A DNA stretch of 64,000 nucleotides from Auanema rhodensis (Eukaryota; Animalia; Nematoda). Positions 50,774-61,155 of the stretch are shown in pieces. The notes beneath the pieces were generated by a model that saw nothing but the letters and a program-made list of their open reading frames with translations, made no database searches and was not told the DNA's origin. The translations under genes were made by a program, and so were the position numbers. Numbering within the stretch: position 1 is the stretch's first letter; each line of letters opens with the position of its first letter. The DNA is taken from positions 8,432,001-8,496,000 of the forward strand of contig OZ059897.1 in NCBI GenBank assembly GCA_964057225.1, written 5' to 3'.

Positions 50774-52664
50774 TTAGAGATCTGTGAATTTAGAATCAAA
50801 TTCCTTCTTAATGTTGTCTGGAATTTTGTCGTAAATTTGCTGAATTTTCTGCATACGATCCGAATCGCTAAGAGTTGGATTTGTCATCAGTGCAGATACC
50901 TGAAAAAAAACTTGAAGAGAAAATATAGTTTATATTAATCTATATATATATAGTTAAATACTTTGAGGATATTTATAATATATCAAATGACCTTAATCCA
51001 ACCTTTTTCATGCATTGTCCACTTAAGGTTTTACATTCGAAAGCTTCAATGCTGCAAACATTTTTTGCTACTTGGTCAGCAGGAACATCTACTCACTTTC
51101 TATTCATATAAACTAAGTTTTTTACTTTCTTATGACCTTGAAGTACATAACTACTACATTTCATAATGTGTACATATATTATCTTTCCTTTCTTATATGA
51201 ACACATAATATCTAAAAGAGAAAAAGGTTTCAAAAATGAAAATCACTCTATATCTAGTCTCTTGGTTGGGACATGTTGTTACGGGGGAGGCTGAAGGGGT
51301 GGTCGACCAAAATTTTGACAGTTTCAGGTCAAAAATGACAAATTGTCAGACGTTTACTAAGCAAACTGCCAGCATATGTGTACTCATATCCTGTTATAGT
51401 ATTGGCTGACAAGTTTATGCTGACTATAATACATCTTTGAATATGAATAAATTGGGTTCAAACTGCCTAATTTTGGACAAAAATCATCTGCAATTCTCTC
51501 CATCATTTAGTCAATTATTCATCTCATTTCCTAACCAGTTATTTTATTTTAAAACATTATTTTTACCTTCTGGAACTGAGCTTGAGCTTCAGGAGTCATT
51601 GAATTTACAGCACTATGAACTCGACGTTGTTTATCTGATGAAGTACCCAGTGATGATCGTTGAAATTCAGCATACAGGTTCTGAAACGATTCGAACATCT
51701 AATTTGAAGTTCATAATTGAAAGCTTACTTGAGCATCAACTTCTAATCCACGTACAAATTCTTCAATTTTTTCTTGTTTTTCACGAGCAGTCCAAGAAGG
51801 ATGTTGAACAATTTGATAAAACTTCAAATAAAAATAATTTAAATGAAACTAGAAGAGTTGATTGTACCTTATCTTGTTCAGCTTTTGATGCTGTTTTCAA
51901 AAATGGTGGAATGATTCTAGTAGCGCCGGCCACTCGAGTATTCTCCTAAAATTGAAAAAAGAGTTATTGATTCATTTATTTCAAAGAAACTCCCTACCTC
52001 TCTAGGTACACTATTCATTCCCCCATCTCCTTGAAATTGTCCTATCATGCCTAGTCCTTGATTGTTAAAACCGTAACGTTGTTGTCCATATGAGCTGAAA
52101 TCTTGTCCAGGTGCATTAAATGCTCCAAGTTGCCCCAGGGATCCCATCTGGCCCATTGCCCCTGTAGATCCCATTTGTCCCATTGCTCCTGCAGATCCCA
52201 TTTGTCCCATTGCTCCTGCAGATCCCATTTGTCCCATTGAACCTGGGTAGAAGTTTTGACCAGATATTTGTGAAGGCTGGAATTGATTCATAGATCCAAA
52301 TTGAGAATTCATAGAAAGTTGAGGTACAGAGTTCCCTGAAAAAAACAGAATAAGTTCATCTTATTCGCTAAATAATCAAACCATAGTTTGGATACATCAT
52401 TGCTCCGTTCATGCGAGATCCTCCATATTGTTGTTGCTGAGATAGCATGTTGTACATATCTTTAAAAACATGTTAAGAGCATTATAGCATTATTGAATGA
52501 GAAAGGAAGAGAGGGAGGGAGACAGAGCTTTGGTAGAAAGAATACAAACCTTGATTTCCTAAACCTCCGGGTGCTGTCATTTGACCGAAATTCATGGAAC
52601 CATACGGTCCAAGTTGTGCAAGTACACATGGTATAAGCTGAAGAACGAAAGCAACACGACTCAT
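50774..52664 (-). CDS. SXP/RAL-2 (DUF148) protein with a G/M/Q/N-rich N-terminal extension
   Basis: Signal MSRVAFVLQLIPCVLAQ, then a low-complexity region, then IIPPFLKTASKAEQDK|FYQIVQHPSWTAREKQEKIEEFVRGL...|...MTPEAQAQFQK|VSALMTNPTLSDSDRMQKIQQIYDKIPDNIKKEFDSKFTDL*. Confidence 0.88.
52140..52240 (-). repeat. Coding 27-bp tandem repeat (~4 copies) encoding MGQMGS(A/T)GA
   Basis: Unit gatcccatttgtcccattgctcctgca repeats on the + strand. ORF 51917-52312 shows MGQMGSAGA-type units. Confidence 0.9.
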
Positions 52665-54672
52665 CCTAGTATCTGTATGAGAAATCTGACAATCCTATCC
52701 TGAAATTTCTTCTATTTCAAGGAAAGTAAAGATGAGACTCCGCCCAATACAGGAACACAGGCTTTGAAAGAAGTATGGCAAATACGTATAAGAAGATGAA
52801 GATATGAAAAAAAAAGATATTTATGGATATTTAAAGAAGAATATTTAGATACATTTTGAATGAAAAAACCGGGAAAGCCAAATAGGAGATGAGAGAAAGG
52901 ATAGAGAGAGAGAGTTTTCAGTATAAAGAATACAAAGAGAAAAAACTGAAAGAGATATTTAGGAGTCTGAGTGTCTGAGGACATTATAAACAAAAAATAT
53001 AACAGCAAAACTAGTTAGATGTTCACCTCCATCATCTCATCCATTTGAACATGTAAAATCTGGCTTAGCTGGTAGGGTTAAATCGGGAACAAATGAGCTT
53101 GAGCGTTTTGGCCACGTCCAAACAGCCGACAAGGTCCGGATGATGATGTTGATCATGTGAAAGTTTAATAACATACCTGTTTTATTGTTTTCATTAAACA
53201 TTATATATTTATTTATTCTATAAAACATAAATTTACAATATTTTGTTTGAAAATACATATAAGCTTGTTATAGAAAAGTTTTAAAAACAAAAAAAAAAAA
53301 CTTTTTTATACAATTAATCAAATATTATAAAATTTAATTTTCAGTTTGTAATTCTTGTAATTTGAATTAATCGAATAAAAAATAAAATTAATATTTCTTC
53401 TTATACATCTACTTTACTAATTAATATTGTTTTATTCTATTCAAAAATGAACCCCATGTCGTGCTTCTCAGTTTCATCCTATCAAACTTCATGCTTCTTC
53501 AAAATTTTATTTTATCAAATTGTTTTATAATTAAATGCTTTATAACTGGCTTCAATGTATTTCTTAACTTAAATCATGTTAGTTAAATCAAATTGTTTTA
53601 GTTCCAAATGCTTAATATAGCATATAAATTCTATTTTTATCTTTCACAATTTGAAAAAAAATGATCAAACTTATAGCCTTCATCGACAAATTCTACTAAG
53701 AATTCAACAAAATTCTTGATTTACCAGATCATGTCCCTAAATTCATGGAAAGGAGAACCAGTGATGGTGTATGCTACTGGACCACATGAAGTACCAGTGC
53801 TTCCGGATCCTACTGAACGGTATGAAGCACCAATGCTTGTGGATCCTATAACTCATTATCATCTGAATAATATAACTTTTTTTCAAAAATAGGTAGAGAA
53901 GTTTACAATTACTGAGTAAATCAGTGTAGGAGGAAATTCATTGAATGCCATCGTCATAACAGCAAGAACGAAATAACATCATAGCCATGTTCTTCTAGCA
54001 ACTTCATTGATTATATTTCTCAGTATTTACTTAAGAAAACTTACAAAAAAAGCATCAATAAGAATAGTAAGAAATCAAATTGTATAATCTATATCTTCAC
54101 TTAACTTTTCTCGATTTGTTAAAGCATTTGCAATATTTTCCTTATATGTGAACCTTCTGCTTTCGGTTTTCTTTCCTATTTTGGTAATTCAATAAAAGTA
54201 TTAAATTTGATATTTGAAAGTATACAATAGTCTATAAGTATAATTTCTTCTTATATTACTTGTTTTAAAAGAAAAACCTGGTTAAAACCGTAGGAATAGA
54301 TGGAAGTGTAGGCAGGATAAGGAGGTTCAATAAAAAAAAGGAAAAAGAGCTTTAATATCACTTATAAGCTAATCAATCAAAATACAATTATTAAGATAAT
54401 AATGTAGTTTAGTATCAATTCAACTAAACTTTTCTTTGGAACAAGCACATCCGAAAATGAATGAATTGAAGAACTGTGTACCCCTTAGGCAATCGATTTT
54501 AACCGTATCACCTACATATCTACAGACATATGTATAGCAGGAACAACGATTCAACTCATATAATGATTTCAGTAGTCTTTGCAATTTCATATCTAATGCC
54601 ACACCCACTTTCTGCATAAAGCTTGTTCTTACATAATAATCAATTTGTTTCTTAATTCCAAGTTAACAAGCT

Positions 54673-55703
54673 ATGTTACTTGTTACTCTAGGATGCATTC
54701 TTATTAGCCTTACAGCAGCGGTATTCTGCTAATTTTTCAATAAAATCGAGTACAAATACTTCAGGCTAATGATTTCAAACTAGCAATTGACCTTTCTCAA
54801 CCAATAACATCAGTTCAAGCGCGATGTTTAGCAAAAAGCAAAGTGGAAACTGCTTTCATTAGGTATTTCATTAGATGAAACAAGATGCAAATAATATTAT
54901 TTCGATTAGAGCTTATTCTTCATATAATAGTGGAATGTTTGATTTCAATGTATGTAATACCTTTCATGAAATTCTTTACTATCAGGATAGTGAGTTAAGC
55001 TTATAGATTTGATTTTAAAAAATGAGCAACTGGGAGATGTTGTGGCTAAGAAGCTAATGAAAAGTTGAAATTACTCGAGCTTGTTACAGCTATGCCAATT
55101 ATGTACATGGAACCTAATGCTCTTGGAAAGAATGGAAGTGAAGAATTTTATGAAATGTTTGATGCTGCAGCTAGTTCAAGGTGTGGTTTAGGATATTTTA
55201 TCAAGACTGTCTATGTTTGGGTATATAATTTGATATAATTAACAAGATCATACCTCATATTCTACAGGTTTCCAACCGATCCAATTGGATTATTGGAAAT
55301 GATAGTTACAATATGAGATTCCTTGAAGATATTATTGATGCTGCTGGTGAATTGGCAAGTTTTATGAATATTTGAACTTGTATTTGACACTTTTTTGATT
55401 AGAATATAACTATTGGATTCTATACTGATGAATCTGCTTGGGAAGCCATCACTGGGTTTTCTGGTAGAAATGGTTTTAAAAGTGGAAATCATCCATTATG
55501 GTATTTTTTCATATCATATCAAAAATATATTTTGCTTGCAAAGGTATAACAATGCTTCAAGCTCTGGAGATAATGCGCCAAACTTGAATAACTTCAAACC
55601 ATTCGGTGGTTGGACAGCTAAAGATGTTCAAGCTGTACAATCTTCTGTAAATCAAAACCTCTGCCAAATCCCCTGCAACAAAGATAACTATAGAGAATTC
55701 TAA
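54673..55703 (+). CDS. Protist-type (GH25-like) lysozyme, nematode lys family
   Basis: MLLVTLGCILISLTAA|ANDFKLAIDLSQPITSVQARCL...AFIR|AYSSYNSGMFDFNVCNT...|...YMEPNALGKNGSEEFYEM...IKTVYVW|VSNRSNW...NMRFLEDIIDAA|..TIGFYTDESAWEAITG...PLW|YNN...NLNNFKPFGGW..VQ....NLCQIPCNKDNY. Typical lys-family motifs. Confidence 0.88.
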
Positions 55704-56159
55704 GAAGAATACCTTGTTGAGAATAAAATTTATTTAAATATTTCTTTATTATATCATATAATTAAATATTAAAAATCATAGAATAATAGCAATTTGTTTC
55801 TGACAATTCAAAGATTAGAAAACACTTATTGCCACTTAGGATTAGTATATCAATTCTCACAAAAAAATTCGACAAGAAGTCATGAGCAGTGTGATTAATC
55901 ATCAGCACTTCATATTCTTGTATTTGCTCAAAAATATCTTGCAGTTCCAAAAAAATTGGAAAATTCTCTCTTGCATATGTGATGATTCGATATAGTTTTG
56001 ATAATTTTGAACTATTTTTGTTAGCTTATAGCCAAAAAAAGAAGCTATATACATAGTTATATCTGTATTAGTTGAACATGAAACTTCACATTTAAAGTTA
56101 CAAGAATTAAAAGATGTAACAAGAGGGTACGTATAATGCTACGGCATTGTTCGCTATCG

Positions 56160-56231
56160 GCCCAAGTAGTATAGTGGTTAGTACTCCACGTTGTGGCCGT
56201 GGCGACACAGGTTCGATTCCTGTCTTGGGCA
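56160..56231 (+). tRNA. tRNA-His(GTG)
   Basis: Acceptor stem GCCCAAG/CTTGGGC. D-arm contains TAGTGG. Anticodon arm CCACG-TTGTGGC-CGTGG. T-arm ACAGG-TTCGATT-CCTGT. Discriminator A, followed by T-runs (Pol III terminator). Confidence 0.96.
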
Positions 56232-56557
56232 TTTCTTTTTCTATTTCTTTTTTTTTTGAATCTGTATCATTTTTTAAGAATTATAAAAAAAATGAAAGTT
56301 TTGGATAGCGCCTGAACAAACAAATCCGAGATTTAAACCGATTGTAAATTTGCAACATTTCTGTGTATGTTTGTTGCATGTTCCAAAACCACTAATCCAT
56401 CAGGTTTATTTTCAAAAACGGCTAAAGACCGTATAATACAAAATTAACCTTTTCATTGATACACACTATTTTGTATCGTATTTCGACAAAAAAATATGAA
56501 AGTAAATAACAAATCAACCGTTTCAGCTATCGTACATTCATTGGAATAATAGATCAC

Positions 56558-56604
56558 TTCACGTAACTATTTCACGTAACTGTTTCACGTAACTGTTTCA
56601 CGTC
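56558..56604. repeat. 13-bp minisatellite TTCACGTAACT(G/A)T x ~3.6
   Basis: ttcacgtaactat-ttcacgtaactgt-ttcacgtaactgt-ttcacgtc read directly from the sequence. Confidence 0.9.
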
Positions 56605-57410
56605 ACTTAAGTATAAAAATCAAACTAAGTAATTCAATTGCCTTCAAAAATATTTATTAAACCTAGCGTAGAAGACAATAACAACAGATATAAAACGCAA
56701 ATATTCCTTTCCATAGGTTGTACCCGTTGGATAATGTAGTAACTTCAACTATACATATACATTGAAAGAAAGTTGGTGTTAATTCGAAAGAATAATCAAA
56801 TGAACTATCTGATCAAAAAGAGAAAAGAAATAACGGACCAGATAACAAGGTATTGAAGATATGTATAGAAAGCAAAAAAAGAAAGAGAGAGGGAGAGAGA
56901 AAGAGAGAGAGAGATTGAAAAAGAGAAAGAAAGTTGGGTGGAGGGCCACTATATGACTAGTAGTCTTTTGATCTTCTTCGCATAAATCAACTTTAACTTT
57001 TAAAACTATAATTACATTTCTTTTCTAATGTTTGTAATGTAAAAATTGACCAATTTTCTTCAATACAGCTGAATTATCTAATTTCAATCAAAATAAAAAA
57101 ATGAGATCAGTTCAAAGTATAGTAAAATTGAATTCAGAAATATAGATATATATATAGTTATGTATGTAAATTGACGTTGAAATTAGTGAACAAAGGAAAG
57201 GAAGGGATGAAAAAGAACAACTTTTAAAGGTTTCTTAATCTATCATCATAAAAATCAAATATTAATTATGGTTAATGCTGTTCTAAGCTTAAGTTTTAGC
57301 TCAACTTTTGCGTTAAATTCTTAAAATTTTGCCAGCTTATTAGGATATTTTCCGAATATCTTTTGTATGTAAATATATAAAGATTAAACTATGCGCATAA
57401 TAGCTTCAAC

Positions 57411-58903
57411 TTAAGAGTTTTGTTGAAGTTCTCGAAGAGCTTGATTACTAAGAGAGGCGGAGGAATGGTCAGCAGAAGGCGACAACGTTTCACTGGCACG
57501 GAAATTTTTGATCTGAAATCATTAAAGCATTAGGTTTCACAATTTTTTTGATTTAAAAAATAATTTTTTTAGTAAAAATCAATATTTACCTCATCTTTCT
57601 CATCATTACAAAACATATTATTTTGCATGCAGGAGATGTCGCCGATTGTTGGTTGTGGGTCTGCTGAAAAAGCAAATAAGGTTCATATACAATAAAATAT
57701 ATTTAGAAATAGGTTTTGAAGTTTTAAAAAAGTTCGAAAATCAAATATATCTAGGCTGAAAAAGTTGAAAACTTACAAACTATGCTGCTTCCATTATCAT
57801 TAGCTGAGCTAAATTGATAAATGTCATTCGTTTGGAAGCTGGAGCGGGTAAAATGGAAATTTGGCATTGGCATGTAGTTGCCACCACTGAAAGGTCCAGT
57901 AACATGTGCTTGATTATTCTAAAATGAAGCATGTTAAAATCAAATTAGATAGATATATGACGTACAAGATTCTTCACACTGCGAGTTAACATCTGATTTT
58001 GCTTCTTCAATTCTTCAATTTCACGTTTACAATCAGATATTCTCATGAGAAAAGCTTGTTCAGCTTCATTTTTAGCCTTCTGAAGAGCTTTATATTCGCT
58101 CTTGTAGTAGACATATCGACCCTGTAAATGGCGAATGCGACGTTCCAATACATGATTCTGACGTTTTAAACTCTAAAATGAAGCATTATCATGAAGATTT
58201 TCAAAAGATTCTGATACTAACCGATTCATCACATTCCTCATCAGTTTCAGCAAATTCTTCCCGACGATAGGATCGAGAATATGGAATATGGGTAATATCC
58301 GTTGTGTTTGCATCATCTCCTCCATATTCGGAAAAAGCTCGATTTGGTCTTTTTTCTCTGACGTTTCTCGCAGAACGACGACTGAAGTCAGGGCTGAAAT
58401 CACGTCTTCTGCCTTGAACTTCAGTCTCAAATGATCTATTATCAATAGCAACATCATACTCATCATTATATCTGAAATAACAACATGTTTAAGAACATTT
58501 CGTCAAAGAAACTGCTGCTTACCCTCCAGGACAAGATTTTGGTCCACGTCGTGTCTTAGGAGCAACATTGGTATAATAGCAGTCAGTAGCTCCAATATCT
58601 CGGGAATCTTTTGGTTTAGATTTCTATAAAAGAATCAAATTAATATAAATAATTTTTATTTCAAAGAAAATAAATAAAAAAAAGTTGGAAAAGAAACGTA
58701 CAAAGCTAACTGCTGGAGCACGATTTTCTTCATTGGCTTTACCATTATGAAGAGTCATGAATCTTCCCTATAAATTATATGAATAAATAATTTATGTTTA
58801 GAAGAGAAAATATCTTTTAAACATAAAATTTTCAAGAAAAACATACCAATTCATCTTCCTTTCTATTAGTCTTAGGACGGAAAAAATTTCTGAACTTGTT
58901 CAT
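57411..58903 (-). CDS. Uncharacterised multi-exon protein with a central coiled coil
   Basis: Spliced: MNKFRNFFRPKTNRKEDEL|...ENRAPAVS|...YYTNVAPKTRRGPKSCPGG|YNDEY...|...LERRIRHLQGRYVYYKSEYKALQKAKNEAEQAFLMRISDCKREIEELKKQNQML...|...NQALRELQQNS*. Splice sites are canonical. Confidence 0.75.
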
Positions 58904-61065
58904 CTCGTCCAAATAGCTTAAATCAAATACAAAATTAATAATTTTAAAGAAAAATGTCACATAAAATGAAGAAAACAAAGAAGAAAAGCAAGATGAATAA
59001 TGAACATTTCAAAATTTTGAATGGCATCATCTGCCGCTTGACTATTGAAGTGGGTCATCTTCTCATTTCTCTTCCATCTCTTTGATGGTGTGTTAACCTC
59101 GACTTCAGAGACGCCAAATTTGAATTTTGTACGAGAATAATGGAAAAAGAATAAAAGAAAGATACATATATGAACAATAATAATAAAATTAAAAAGAAAA
59201 AAAATTGAGAATATGAAGAAAAAATGAGCAAAAACATATTAACAACAACACTGCATTATTTACTATGTAAACTAATATTACTGTAATAATTTTTGTTAAT
59301 TGAAAAGAAAAACCGAAGAGTAGTATGATGAGCAAATAGTATAAAGATCATTATAATGATCTATATTACTTGTCTATATAGTATAAGTTACTTGATTTCA
59401 CAGCAGGATATGGCACATACACACACACACACAGTGATATCAAACTACGAGTGAGAAAACTATAGTGGAGCTAGAGCTCATGCAAAAGAAAATTATTGAT
59501 AGAAGAGCAAAGAGCATCAAAATCAGATAAATGACAAGGTCAGAGCATTAGAAATTCTGTTTTTCAGTAGATGAACAGAAGGAAAATGACAGATAAATCA
59601 GAGATAATCCTTGTTTTGATTTCATGAAGATTTGGAGAAGCATATACTTAGCGTCATAACGTCTATCATACTTTTCTTCCCGTCTGTTTTAGTATTATCC
59701 TTATATGGAAATATAAGGATAGATATGGCAGGAGGAGTGAAGAGTGAATGACAAAGACACGAGAAATACTGAAGAAATAGGGGAGAGGGCTAGCGGAGAG
59801 AGGGGTACAGGGGCAGAAAGGAACCCAAGCGGCGACCCCAAGCGCGCCTTGTCTCAGCCTATTCAAATGTCAATCGAGGGGTACCGGTTAGTATGTTTGA
59901 TGTTGCCGACATCCTCACGCGGTACTGAGAGAGGAGATGAAAAGAAGAAAAGCAAAGCCTTTGACACTATACCGGCTCTAAGGCCATTGGGATAAAGCTT
60001 TTCTCTTTTGAGAATTGAAAATGATGTCCTGCTGACAAGACATTTATCCGGAAATGAGTAGAATGACTGGATAACTAGTTAAATTGAAGTTTAAAATCGA
60101 ATGTAAAAGCTTGAATCTATGAAATCTGGGAGGGAAAAATGTGAACAGAGAGAGAGAGGGCAGAGAAGTGAATGGAATGGGGCAATAAGAAGGTATAATG
60201 AGGTGTTCAACAATCCACAAACCAACAGATTTGAAAATGAAGAGCAGGTGAAAGCAATGGAGACGACAAGGAGGGTAAGATGTCAGATTAAGGATGAAGT
60301 TATAAAGAAACAAAGAATATTTCATTGCATAGGTGAAGAGAATGACCACAGAACATATAGCTAATGATACCTGTGGTTCATAAGAATGAAGAAGAATGGG
60401 CGTGAAAGGAAGACTATTTGCCATCGGCACGCGGGACACAGTTTTTGAGAAGAGGATATATTGCTATTGGCATTAACGAAGTGAATGATTTAAGAAAGTT
60501 TTAATGAATAAAAGAAAAAATGGAGAATATAGAGAAGAAAGAGGAGAAGTAGGAGGAGGATGCGTAAGAAGGAGGAGAAGGAGGTGAATGAGAAGATGTT
60601 TCAAAAAGAATATAAAATGATTTTAAATTGAAGAAAAAAAAGAAATGAATAGTTAAAAAGAAAGAAGTCAAGGTAAAACACAAGATACTATTCATCAAAA
60701 TCTTTTTTTTAAACTTAATTTAAAGAAAAAAAACATGAAAAGACATGAGTAGTTGGTTGGTCTGGGAATTTGACGACAAAAATCTTTTTAACTACATCGG
60801 AGACTCATTGAGAAGAAGACAGACAAATGTTCTCAAAAAAAAATGACTTTTTTTGAAAGAAAAGTTAACTTTAACTTGATAGTGCTTATTCGTATATTCG
60901 TCATCTAACCGTGTAATTCATGGGAACAAACCAAAATATGTGACCAAATATGGCGACAGAAGGAAGACAGAGACCAAACTTAATAAGAGAATGATGAGGA
61001 ACAACAGTCAGCGGTAAGATCATAGAAATCTGCTGAAATTAGATTATAGAACAGTACAGAGAAAG

Positions 61066-61155
61066 GGATAGAGGGAGAGGGAGAGGGAGAGGGAGAGAAA
61101 GAGAGAGAGGAAGAGGGAGAGAGAGAGAGAAAAAAAGAAGGAGGGAGAGAGAGAG
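61066..61155. repeat. Purine-rich GA/GAGGGA low-complexity tract
   Basis: Read directly from the sequence. Confidence 0.85.

Noticed and set aside
51437-51949. 170-aa plus-strand ORF
   Set aside because: Antisense shadow of the SXP/RAL-2 exons and introns on the minus strand.
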